The translations under genes were made by a program, and so were the position numbers. The notes below the pieces were generated by a model. That model ran no database searches. It saw only the letters and a program-made list of their open reading frames with translations, and was not told where the DNA came from. A DNA stretch of 64,000 bases from Acholeplasmatales bacterium (GTDB lineage: Bacteria > Bacillota_I > Bacilli_A > Acholeplasmatales > Acholeplasmataceae), in the NCBI GenBank assembly GCA_003249785.1, contig QKIB01000101.1, forward strand, positions 2,970 through 66,969, written 5' to 3'. Below, piece by piece: positions 10,501 to 19,393 of the stretch (position 1 is its first letter; each line of letters starts with the position of its first letter).

Positions 10501-13337
10501 CAGTACAAACAGCATGGCTTATTTTTGGTGCGTTTGCTTTAATTGCTACCCTTCTTTTGATTGCTATTCTTATACAAAAAGCTATTAACAGCAGATTCAT
10601 CAGAAAACAAGGTTTGGCTAGAGACTATCTATTTGAAAAATATTTTGATCAAAAAGAAATCAAGTCTAAACTAACAGACCGATTTTTCTTTGATGCCTTC
10701 ATTGATATGGAGACACAAGTCGAAATAGAACCGGAAATCAGAAAACGTGTCATTGAAGATCTCTCTAATGATATGTTCACCAAAAAACAGATTCATAATA
10801 TCAACGCTCTTTCCATTAACAAAAGAAAAATTGCGGTTTTTTACCTCGAAATGCTCAAGACTGAACAAGCTTGGAGCGTTTTGAAAAAAAGACTTCCTAA
10901 TGAGAAAAATGAGAGTGTGAGACTCTATCTAATCAACGCTTTACTCGATGTGATGGATAAAGAAATCTTTGAACAAAGTATTGAAATGTTGGTGGGATCA
11001 TCGGAGACTTATCAACGATGGATACAAACCCTCTTTAGAAATCATTATATTAAAATCAAATCTTTGATTCCACGATATTTTAATGACAAAAGAGCTGAAA
11101 TCAGAAAGCTGATTATCGCTTTATCAAGCAATTCTAGGGATGAACAACTGAAAGCTTACTTACTACGCGCATTCCATGAATTTGTCTTATCACCTGATAT
11201 CAGAATGCTTGCAATAAAAGCCATTGCAAAAATGTATCCAGATGAAATTGCAAATGATAATTATTGTAAATCAGAAAGTGAAGAAATTCAAAAAGTTGCC
11301 ATTTCTGCAGCAGCAAATATCATCACTGAAGAAATGGTTGATCATCTGATTGACTCGATGGATGGAACTCAACTGGATGAAGATCGAGTCAATAGCCTAT
11401 CAAAGATTGTCTATGATTCATCACAATTATTATTGCATGTCATTGATCGTTATCAAACCATTAAGAAAAATGCTCAAAAACAGTCAATCACACGCGTATT
11501 GGCACATCGTCTGGATTATATGATGCTCAAGCTTGAAAACAATGAATATGCATATATCATGCAAATCGTTGAAGATATATTACGACTCCATATTATTGAG
11601 GATTTCATTGATTTTATGAATTTAAACCAGGATAGTGTTATAGAGAAAAAACTATTGCCTGTGATTAAGAAATATGCTGCAAACGATAAATATATTCATG
11701 AGCAGTTTTCCATTTATCTTAAAACGGATTTACTGAAAAAAATCGGAATTGAAAAATCACTACAACCAGTTTATCCTAGAGAAAAAGCAGCAAGAGAACA
11801 ACGAAAAATACGCTGGATTTCAATTTGGATTGTTTTTGCAGTTCTCATCTTCCCTTTCTTATTTTTTGTAACCAATCTTTCTGCAATCTGGAATGGAACT
11901 GTCAACGTATTTGAATATCTGATCGTCAGTATCAACAACTATCTAGTGGTTTACTTTATGACGGCAAATCTGATATATTTGATTTTGCTTTCTATTTCTC
12001 TGAAGGGTTCGAAACAAAGATTGGATATGTGGCAAATCAAAACGGAAACGATGCTCTTTGAACATGATCTCTTACCGAGTATTTCCATTATCGCACCAGC
12101 ATATAATGAAGAAAAAAGCATTATTGAAAGTATTACTTCGCTTTTAAATCTTAAATATCCGAAATATGAAGTTATCGTTGTGAATGATGGTTCTAAAGAT
12201 GACACCATCAATGTCTTAATTAATCATTTTGAGTTGGAACGCAAACACCCCTTTTTCAAAACAAAGATTAAAACAAAACCACTCCGTGGGGTTTATGTCA
12301 ACAGATCCATTCCTAATTTGATTGTTGTCGACAAGCAAAATGGTGGTAAAGCAGATGCACTCAATCTTGGGATCAATGTTGCTAAAAACGATTACGTTTG
12401 TGGCATTGATGCGGATTCATTGCTTGAAGAAGATGCACTCCTCAAACTGATGAGTGTCACCTTGGATAATTCGATTGATCATATCGCATTAGGCGGGAAT
12501 ATTGTTCCGGTCAATGGTTGTAAGATTGATCAAGGAAAAATTGAGCACAGCGGACTTGGTAAAAAACCTTTAGTCAGGTTCCAGACTTTGGAGTATTTAA
12601 GAGCATTTACAACAGGAAGAATCGGTTGGTCCAAGATTAAGAGCTTACTGATTATCTCTGGCGCATTCGGTCTTTTTCAAAGACAATCTCTGATTGCAAC
12701 TGGTGGTTATCTAACCATCAGTGGTGAATTAAAGAAAGATACAGTTGGTGAAGATATGGAACTTGTTGTCAGACTGACGTATGAAGCACTTAAAAAGCAT
12801 AAACCATATCGCGTAGAATATGTCCATCATGCCAATTGCTATACTGAACTTCCAAGTGATTTAAGAAGTTTACTGAAGCAAAGAAATAGGTGGCAGCGAG
12901 GATTATTAGATATTTTAAGTTACCATAGAAGGTTATTGCTCAACCCTCATTTCAAGCAACCTGGAATGATTGGATTTCCATATTTTTTTATTTTTGAAAT
13001 GATTGGACCATTTTTAGAAATGATTGGATATATTGCTCTGATTATTGGACTATCCATTGGTATTTTGAATCAACCTTTAGTTATAGTCTTATTTGCTGTA
13101 ACCATTGGATTTGGTATTGTTATATCACTATTCTCATTACTTATTGCAGAAAAGAAGTCAGTCTTTTACTCAACGAAAGAAACAATTGTATTAATTCTTG
13201 TAGCAGTTTTTGAAAATTTTGGGTATCGACAAATGATTAGTCTACAACGTGTCTTTTCGACCTTCTCAGCACTTCGTGAAAGTGGATCATGGGGTAGTCA
13301 GAATAGACAAGGCTTCCAAAAAATAAACACGAGGTGA
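10497..13337 (+). CDS. HEAT/ARM-like repeat domain fused to a processive GT2 glycosyltransferase (PgaC/IcaA-like polysaccharide synthase)
   Basis: APAYNEE, VNDGSKD, NGGKADALN, IDADS, GEDMEL and QRNRWQRG (QxxRW), flanking TM helices, ~430 aa helical N-domain. Start ATG 10497 overlaps the upstream TGA. Confidence 0.85.
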   Translation: MTVQTAWLIFGAFALIATLLLIAILIQKAINSRFIRKQGLARDYLFEKYFDQKEIKSKLTDRFFFDAFIDMETQVEIEPEIRKRVIEDLSNDMFTKKQIHNINALSINKRKIAVFYLEMLKTEQAWSVLKKRLPNEKNESVRLYLINALLDVMDKEIFEQSIEMLVGSSETYQRWIQTLFRNHYIKIKSLIPRYFNDKRAEIRKLIIALSSNSRDEQLKAYLLRAFHEFVLSPDIRMLAIKAIAKMYPDEIANDNYCKSESEEIQKVAISAAANIITEEMVDHLIDSMDGTQLDEDRVNSLSKIVYDSSQLLLHVIDRYQTIKKNAQKQSITRVLAHRLDYMMLKLENNEYAYIMQIVEDILRLHIIEDFIDFMNLNQDSVIEKKLLPVIKKYAANDKYIHEQFSIYLKTDLLKKIGIEKSLQPVYPREKAAREQRKIRWISIWIVFAVLIFPFLFFVTNLSAIWNGTVNVFEYLIVSINNYLVVYFMTANLIYLILLSISLKGSKQRLDMWQIKTETMLFEHDLLPSISIIAPAYNEEKSIIESITSLLNLKYPKYEVIVVNDGSKDDTINVLINHFELERKHPFFKTKIKTKPLRGVYVNRSIPNLIVVDKQNGGKADALNLGINVAKNDYVCGIDADSLLEEDALLKLMSVTLDNSIDHIALGGNIVPVNGCKIDQGKIEHSGLGKKPLVRFQTLEYLRAFTTGRIGWSKIKSLLIISGAFGLFQRQSLIATGGYLTISGELKKDTVGEDMELVVRLTYEALKKHKPYRVEYVHHANCYTELPSDLRSLLKQRNRWQRGLLDILSYHRRLLLNPHFKQPGMIGFPYFFIFEMIGPFLEMIGYIALIIGLSIGILNQPLVIVLFAVTIGFGIVISLFSLLIAEKKSVFYSTKETIVLILVAVFENFGYRQMISLQRVFSTFSALRESGSWGSQNRQGFQKINTR

Positions 13338-13340
13338 ATC

Positions 13341-14255
13341 ATGGATCAACTAACTAAACTAACACAACTCTTTGAATCTTTTCATGAAGCAATATATATT
13401 GTTGATAAAGATCGAAAGATCTTGTATTTCAATCCAGCAGCAAGTCAAATCAGTGGTTTTTCTCAAGGGGAAATGACCAATTCTTTTTGCTTTGACAATA
13501 AGTTAAATCATGTCGATGATGCAGGCAATAAACTATGTCTTGATGGATGTCCACTGGTGGATAGTATCAAAGGAAACGTGATTAAAGAACATTTTGTCTA
13601 TCTCCATCACAAAAACGGTCATCGAGTTCGCGTCCATGTCAGAGTGATTCCTTATCTAGAAAATGATGAAGTTCATGGAGCCATCGAGGTCTTCACTGAT
13701 GTAACTGAGAGAAATCTACTTTTAGAAGAATTGATGATTCAGAAGAAATTAAATTTGATTGATCCTTTGACGAGTTTATTCAACAGAAGATTTCTTCATG
13801 AAGAATTCCCACAGATTTTTTCTGGATTCAGTAAAGAAGAATCACTTGGTATCTTATTCATGGATATTGATGATTTCAAGGAAATCAACGATAAGTACGG
13901 TCATTTGATGGGTGATGAAGTCTTAAAGACTGTCTCCAATACGATTCAGTATAATCTTAAAGCGAATGATTTTGTCATCCGTTATGGTGGAGATGAAATT
14001 GTAGTCTTATTAAGAAACATTGATCAGGATAATGTTGAATTTGTTGCAGAAAAATTGCGAATTCTTGTTAAAAATTCAGGTCATCGTGATCTTGAAGATC
14101 GCATACAGTCAACTGTTTCCATCGGGGCAACCATTTTAGCCAAGAACGAAAGTTTGCTTCAAGCTATCAATCGTGCGGATCATGCTATGTATATATCTAA
14201 AAGCAAAGGACATAATCGCGTGACTTTCCTGAATAAGGACTACCAGCAAGAATAA
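13341..14255 (+). CDS. PAS-GGDEF diguanylate cyclase, probably active
   Basis: PAS with a C...GCP motif; DPLTSLFNRR, DIDDFKEINDKYGHLMGDEVL, RYGGDEI. The I-site is KxxD rather than RxxD. Confidence 0.88.
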   Translation: MDQLTKLTQLFESFHEAIYIVDKDRKILYFNPAASQISGFSQGEMTNSFCFDNKLNHVDDAGNKLCLDGCPLVDSIKGNVIKEHFVYLHHKNGHRVRVHVRVIPYLENDEVHGAIEVFTDVTERNLLLEELMIQKKLNLIDPLTSLFNRRFLHEEFPQIFSGFSKEESLGILFMDIDDFKEINDKYGHLMGDEVLKTVSNTIQYNLKANDFVIRYGGDEIVVLLRNIDQDNVEFVAEKLRILVKNSGHRDLEDRIQSTVSIGATILAKNESLLQAINRADHAMYISKSKGHNRVTFLNKDYQQE

Positions 14256-14271
14256 TCGATGTGAGGTTGAT

Positions 14272-15567
14272 ATGAAGATCACATGCAAAAAACTCAATGA
14301 AATGACTGAAGCGATATGCGATAACAATCTATCGGTGAGGTATATGCTTGAAGACGAGATTGCAGAAGATTTAAATCGGAAAGATCATATTGTCATCGAA
14401 GAGGATCTCATCACTAAATCGCCAAACAGAGTCAGAGTCATCTGCCCTATTTTCTATAAGTGCGGAGGCTGTGACTTTTTGCATATCAATTATAATGAAC
14501 AACTGAGAATGAAACAACAGTATTTAGTAGACTTATTTAGTCAGAATCATATCAAGACTGAGATTAGACCAATCATAGAAAATCCTAAACCATTGAACTA
14601 CCGCCATAAAATTGTTGCTAGTGCAACCACTGTCAATCATAAATTAAGATTGGGTTTGTATCGTGAACATAGCAAAGAAGTGTTACCATATCTGAAGTGT
14701 CATATTCAGGACTTGGATGCTAACTTGGTTCTTGATGAAACGGAGAAATTACTGAATCAATACCGTATTCCAGCATATGATCTTGATCGACATATTGGCA
14801 TCATCAAGCATATTTTGATTCGTAAATCATATGCTACAAAAGAGATGCTTGTAGTCCTTGTTACACAAGGCAATCTTCTACCGAATGGTAAGAAAATAGC
14901 ATCAGAATTGATGAAATCATTTCCAAAAATCAAAGGTGTGATTCAAAATATCCATCATAAGCGTACGAAATTCGTCTTGATGGAAGATGAAAAACTATTG
15001 TCTGGTTCACGCTTTATCGAAGATCGAATTGATGACATTCGTTTCAGATTGTCTGCACAATCTTTTTATCAGGTGAATCCAATACAAATGATCAAACTTT
15101 ATCAAAAAGCACTAGATTTGGCTGAAATAAAGAAAACAGACATTGTTTTGGATACCTATTCAGGCATAGGAACAATCTCTTTACTTGCAGCACTGCGTGC
15201 TCAAGAAGTGATTGCTATTGAAACCAATCTGAATGCACATCAAGATGCCATTTTCAATATGAAATCAAATCAAATCAATCATATAACATTCATCAATGGC
15301 AATGTTGAAAATCAAATTCAAAGGATCAATCAAAAGATTGATATTCTCATCATGGATCCAACCCGCGATGGTGCATCAAAGGCTTTTTTAGATGCCGTCA
15401 TTCAGTTGAAACCGAAAAAAGTCATCTATATTTCCTGTGAACCTAAGACACAAGTGAGAGACTTGAAACACTTGCTTAAGTTTTATCAGATTAAAACTTT
15501 ACAGCCGGTTGATATGTTTTCACAAACTGTGCATATTGAAGCAATCGCTGTCCTTGAGCTGAAATAA
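14272..15567 (+). CDS. rlmD: 23S rRNA (uracil-C5)-methyltransferase, RlmD/RumA family
   Basis: C-x5-CGGC Fe-S motif, SFYQVN, DTYSGIG, MDPTRDG, YISCEP and VDMFSQTVHIE. Confidence 0.85.
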   Translation: MKITCKKLNEMTEAICDNNLSVRYMLEDEIAEDLNRKDHIVIEEDLITKSPNRVRVICPIFYKCGGCDFLHINYNEQLRMKQQYLVDLFSQNHIKTEIRPIIENPKPLNYRHKIVASATTVNHKLRLGLYREHSKEVLPYLKCHIQDLDANLVLDETEKLLNQYRIPAYDLDRHIGIIKHILIRKSYATKEMLVVLVTQGNLLPNGKKIASELMKSFPKIKGVIQNIHHKRTKFVLMEDEKLLSGSRFIEDRIDDIRFRLSAQSFYQVNPIQMIKLYQKALDLAEIKKTDIVLDTYSGIGTISLLAALRAQEVIAIETNLNAHQDAIFNMKSNQINHITFINGNVENQIQRINQKIDILIMDPTRDGASKAFLDAVIQLKPKKVIYISCEPKTQVRDLKHLLKFYQIKTLQPVDMFSQTVHIEAIAVLELK

Positions 15568-15665
15568 AGATAAAAACAACAAGTGTCTATGTATAGAATC
15601 GGTTGCATATAGAGAATTTCATAACAGATATGTTATAATGAAAAGGCTATTAAGGATGTGAAAGT

Positions 15666-16469
15666 ATGCAAACGATATTAGAATTACTCAATACACAGAT
15701 GAATCGACCCGTCATGTACGGTTCTTTTGCTGAAAGTTGGTTTCAGTATTTGTCTTTGTTTCTCTTTTTATTGACGATGGTTATCTTAACCATTCGTTAT
15801 CGACATGCAGATGAAAGAAAACTACAATTGTTCCTAAGAACGATGGCAATCATTATGATTGTTTTTGAACTTTATAAACAAATCAATTTTACATATGTCA
15901 ACAACTGGCATTATCAATGGTATGCCTTTCCATTCCAATTTTGTTCAACACCAATGTATATTGCTTTAATCGCATCATTCCTTAAAAAGGGTGAAGTGCG
16001 TAACGCCATGTATATGTTTTTAGCAACCTTTGGCTTTTTTGCTGGTGCTGCAGTGATGTTCTATCCATCGACTGTCTATACTTCGACAGTTGGTATCAAC
16101 ATCCAGACCATGGTGCATCATGGCGGTATGGCAGTCATGGGTATGGTCCTACTTGCAAATCATGTGCCATTGGATATCAAATCTTTTCTCAAAGGAACTT
16201 ATGTCTTTGTGATGTTGACATTATTTGCCATCATCTTGAATGGTATGCACAATTTGTGGATACAAGATGGATCATTTAACATGTTTTTCATCAATCCTTT
16301 GTATCATTCAGAAATCCCTGTATTGAATCTGTTTCAACCTTTGGTTCCAACAATCATCTATATCTTGATATTTATTTTTGGATTCAGTTTGGTTGCATAT
16401 ATTATGCTTTTGGGACGTAAAGTCTTTGCAAAACAACCTGTTCATGAATTGACTTATGAATCAGTGTAA
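15666..16469 (+). CDS. YwaF/TMEM164-like integral membrane protein
   Basis: Multiple TM helices, FPFQFCS, HHG and NMFFINP motifs. Confidence 0.65.
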   Translation: MQTILELLNTQMNRPVMYGSFAESWFQYLSLFLFLLTMVILTIRYRHADERKLQLFLRTMAIIMIVFELYKQINFTYVNNWHYQWYAFPFQFCSTPMYIALIASFLKKGEVRNAMYMFLATFGFFAGAAVMFYPSTVYTSTVGINIQTMVHHGGMAVMGMVLLANHVPLDIKSFLKGTYVFVMLTLFAIILNGMHNLWIQDGSFNMFFINPLYHSEIPVLNLFQPLVPTIIYILIFIFGFSLVAYIMLLGRKVFAKQPVHELTYESV

Positions 16470-16496
16470 TACGATGGATTAAAAAAGAGGGATAGC

Positions 16497-16850
16497 ATGG
16501 ATTTTGATGTATATCGATCATCTTTAAACGAAGATGGAAAGAAAGTCTTTGATCAGCTAATAAATTTCATTCATCGAGCATCATTTGATGTTAAGGAAAT
16601 GCTTTTTGTCAAGAATCCTTATTTCTATATTCCAAAATATGAACATCTAAAACCACATCATCGCCCATCAATTATGTTGGTCTTTTTTAAAGACCATGTG
16701 AATATTTTCACGCAGTCAAACAGTGCATATGAAACCATCCTAACAATGTATCATTTTACTGAAAAACACACCATGCAAATTTATTTTGAGGATGTGCTTG
16801 ATCTCAGATTGATCGACTTATTCAAGGATGCACTTGATCTGGAAATGTGA
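16497..16850 (+). CDS. Hypothetical protein (DUF1801/YdhG-like)
   Basis: RBS AGAGGG; size and FKDHVNIF motif resemble DUF1801. Confidence 0.5.
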   Translation: MDFDVYRSSLNEDGKKVFDQLINFIHRASFDVKEMLFVKNPYFYIPKYEHLKPHHRPSIMLVFFKDHVNIFTQSNSAYETILTMYHFTEKHTMQIYFEDVLDLRLIDLFKDALDLEM

Positions 16851-16859
16851 GGGTATCAT

Positions 16860-17414
16860 ATGGCTCATTTGATATTAATTTCTGGTCAATTGGCAGCACT
16901 CAAATCGACATGTGCGAGAAAATTGTCCAAAACACTGAATATTCCATGCTACATTAAAGATGAGATTAAAGAGATTCTTGGTGACACGATAGGATTTCAA
17001 GATCGTAATGAAAATCTCAAACTCTCACATGCAACGTTTGAGTTCATGTTGCATCTGGCACAAACATCATTGAAAATCAATCAAGACATCATTCTTGAGA
17101 GTAATTTCAAAGATGAAGAATTGAAATCATTACAACAACGTTTGAATTTGGAACACCATCAGGTTATTACTTTATGGATGACAGGTGATGCCAAAGTGTT
17201 GTATCAAAGATACGTGGATCGTGACCCATCTCGACATCCCGTGCATCGATCAACGGGATTACTATCCTATGAAAAGTTTTTTAATATCATGAATGAACGT
17301 CATGAGAATCAGCTTTTTGGTGAAATCATTCATATTGACACAACCTATTTTGATGAATCTTTATATCAAAACTGTGTGGACCAGTTAATCCTATTGATTC
17401 ATAGTAAGAAATAA
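16860..17414 (+). CDS. P-loop kinase (AAA_33-like)
   Basis: ISGQLAALKST Walker-A variant, KDEIKE, ILESNF and RHPVH. Confidence 0.65.
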   Translation: MAHLILISGQLAALKSTCARKLSKTLNIPCYIKDEIKEILGDTIGFQDRNENLKLSHATFEFMLHLAQTSLKINQDIILESNFKDEELKSLQQRLNLEHHQVITLWMTGDAKVLYQRYVDRDPSRHPVHRSTGLLSYEKFFNIMNERHENQLFGEIIHIDTTYFDESLYQNCVDQLILLIHSKK

Positions 17415-17444
17415 AGCAAGAGTATAAATACTCATGCTTTTTTT
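17413..17444 (+). terminator. Intrinsic terminator
   Basis: AAAGCAaGAGTA-taaa-TACTCaTGCTTT followed by a T-run. Confidence 0.65.
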
Positions 17445-17518
17445 ATTGGTCTATAGTATAATGAAACTAGAAGTTTCGATTATGCTTTTCCTAAATCCTG
17501 TCATGAAGAGGTGTTCTT

Positions 17519-18529
17519 ATGAAATATGCAATCTATGGTGCTGGTGCAATGGGTACAATTCTTGGCGCATATATCGCGAAAGCTGGTTATGATATTGATC
17601 TGATCAGTCGTAATGAAGCACACATCAAAGGCATCCAAGCACATGGAGCACATGTGACTGGAACACAAGAATTCTATCAGAAAGTCAATGCACTCTTACC
17701 ATCTGAGATGAAAGAGCAGTATGACATCATTTTTTTGATGACGAAACAACTCGATAATGAACAAGTCGTTAAAAATCTTGTCCCATATCTGAAAACAGAT
17801 GGCGTGATATGCACCATGCAAAACGGAATGCCAGAATTATCTGTCTCAAATGTCATTGGAAAAGATCGAACATTTGGTAGTGCTATGGCATGGGGTGCAA
17901 CCATGATTGGCAATGGCTCTTCAGAACTCACTTCAGAAGCAACAAATGAAACACTATCGTTCAGTTTGGGTTCCTTTGGAACCCATCAAGAGGAAAAACT
18001 CGAAACAATTAAACAACTACTTGAAACGATGGGGCACGTTGATGTTGAGGAGAATTTTATTGGTGCAAGATGGGCAAAACTCCTTGTCAATAGTGCGTTT
18101 AGCGGATTATCAGCAGTACTCGGTGCGACTTTTGGCGAAATTGCTCAAAATAAAAAATCAAGAAAACTGGTTCAGCTGATTATCAAAGAATGTATTGAAG
18201 TAGCTCATGCTGCTCAAATCAAGATCGAACCAATACAAGGTAAAAACATCGAAAAGCTTTTGGATTATCATGGATGGATCAAAAAGCAAATCAGCTTCAT
18301 GATTATTCCACTTGCTATCAAAAAACATAAAAACTTGAAATCTAGTATGCTTCAAGATATTGAGAAGCATAAACCTTGTGAAATTCAAGCAATCAACGGT
18401 GTCGTATGTGCGTACGGTGATCTTCATAATTGTGAAACACCAATCAACGATCAGATTGTACAAATCGTTTTAGAAATGGAAAAAGGGAAATATACACCTA
18501 GTTGGAACAACATATCATTATTTCGATGA
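17519..18529 (+). CDS. panE: 2-dehydropantoate 2-reductase (ketopantoate reductase family)
   Basis: GAGAMG, MQNG, WAKLLVN, SSMLQD and EIQAING motifs. Confidence 0.85.
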   Translation: MKYAIYGAGAMGTILGAYIAKAGYDIDLISRNEAHIKGIQAHGAHVTGTQEFYQKVNALLPSEMKEQYDIIFLMTKQLDNEQVVKNLVPYLKTDGVICTMQNGMPELSVSNVIGKDRTFGSAMAWGATMIGNGSSELTSEATNETLSFSLGSFGTHQEEKLETIKQLLETMGHVDVEENFIGARWAKLLVNSAFSGLSAVLGATFGEIAQNKKSRKLVQLIIKECIEVAHAAQIKIEPIQGKNIEKLLDYHGWIKKQISFMIIPLAIKKHKNLKSSMLQDIEKHKPCEIQAINGVVCAYGDLHNCETPINDQIVQIVLEMEKGKYTPSWNNISLFR

Positions 18530-18530
18530 G

Positions 18531-18680
18531 ATGATCGAATGGATGCAAAAAAAGCTCATCGAATGGAACGAACATGAGAAGCATCTTCAAAGAAGATGGG
18601 CACCATTCTTGCTTAAGAATTATGTACTCAATAAAGAAAAACTACTTCGGATTAAGATGGAAAAAAGAAAGGAAGATTAA
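18531..18680 (+). CDS. Possible 49-aa small protein filling the panE-racemase gap
   Basis: Open frame MIEWMQKKLIEWNEHEKHLQRRWAPFLLKNYVLNKEKLLRIKMEKRKED*, with a 1-nt gap after panE and a 2-nt gap before the next gene. Confidence 0.3.
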   Translation: MIEWMQKKLIEWNEHEKHLQRRWAPFLLKNYVLNKEKLLRIKMEKRKED

Positions 18681-18682
18681 TT

Positions 18683-19372
18683 TTGAAAACTATTGGCATT
18701 TTAGGAGGGATGAGTTGGGAATCAACAACTGAGTACTATAAACTCATCAATATCTATACCAAAACTGCATTAGGTGGAGCACACTCTGCAAAAATTATCA
18801 TGTATTCGTATGACTATCATGAACTGGAGTTCCTACTTGAAAATAACAAGTGGAAAGTAATAACAGAGTCTCTAATTAACGAAGCTATCAAACTCAGAAA
18901 CGCTGGTGCAGATTTCTTAATGATTGGAGCCAACACGATGCATCTTGTTGCAGATGAAGTTGAAAAAGGATCTGGTTTGGAGGTGCTTCATATCGCAAAA
19001 ACTACACGTTCTGAAATTCTTCTCAAAGGATTAAATAAAATAGGGTTATTAGGGACTAAGTACACGATGGAAAGTCCCATGTATCCATCAATCCTTTCAG
19101 AAGATCAAATTGAAGTTATTTTACCTACAGATAGTGAGCAACATCTGATTCATGATGTCATATATAAAGAACTCATTTTAGGGAAATTCAAACTTTCAAG
19201 CAAACAGAAATTCATTCACATCATCAAGAAAATGATCGCACAAGGTGCTCAAGGTATTATTTTAGGTTGCACCGAAATTCCACTACTGATTTCGCATGAT
19301 GATGTTGAAGTTCCAATTTTCAATACCATGGAGTTGCATGTCAAGCATGCAGTTCAGAAAGCATTAGAATAA
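18683..19372 (+). CDS. Aspartate/glutamate racemase family protein (RacX/YgeA-like)
   Basis: IGILGGMSWEST, ANTMH, LLGT and LGCTEIP; TTG start with AAAGGA RBS. Confidence 0.85.
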   Translation: MKTIGILGGMSWESTTEYYKLINIYTKTALGGAHSAKIIMYSYDYHELEFLLENNKWKVITESLINEAIKLRNAGADFLMIGANTMHLVADEVEKGSGLEVLHIAKTTRSEILLKGLNKIGLLGTKYTMESPMYPSILSEDQIEVILPTDSEQHLIHDVIYKELILGKFKLSSKQKFIHIIKKMIAQGAQGIILGCTEIPLLISHDDVEVPIFNTMELHVKHAVQKALE

Positions 19373-19393
19373 CAAGAAGAACAAAGGGAGAAA

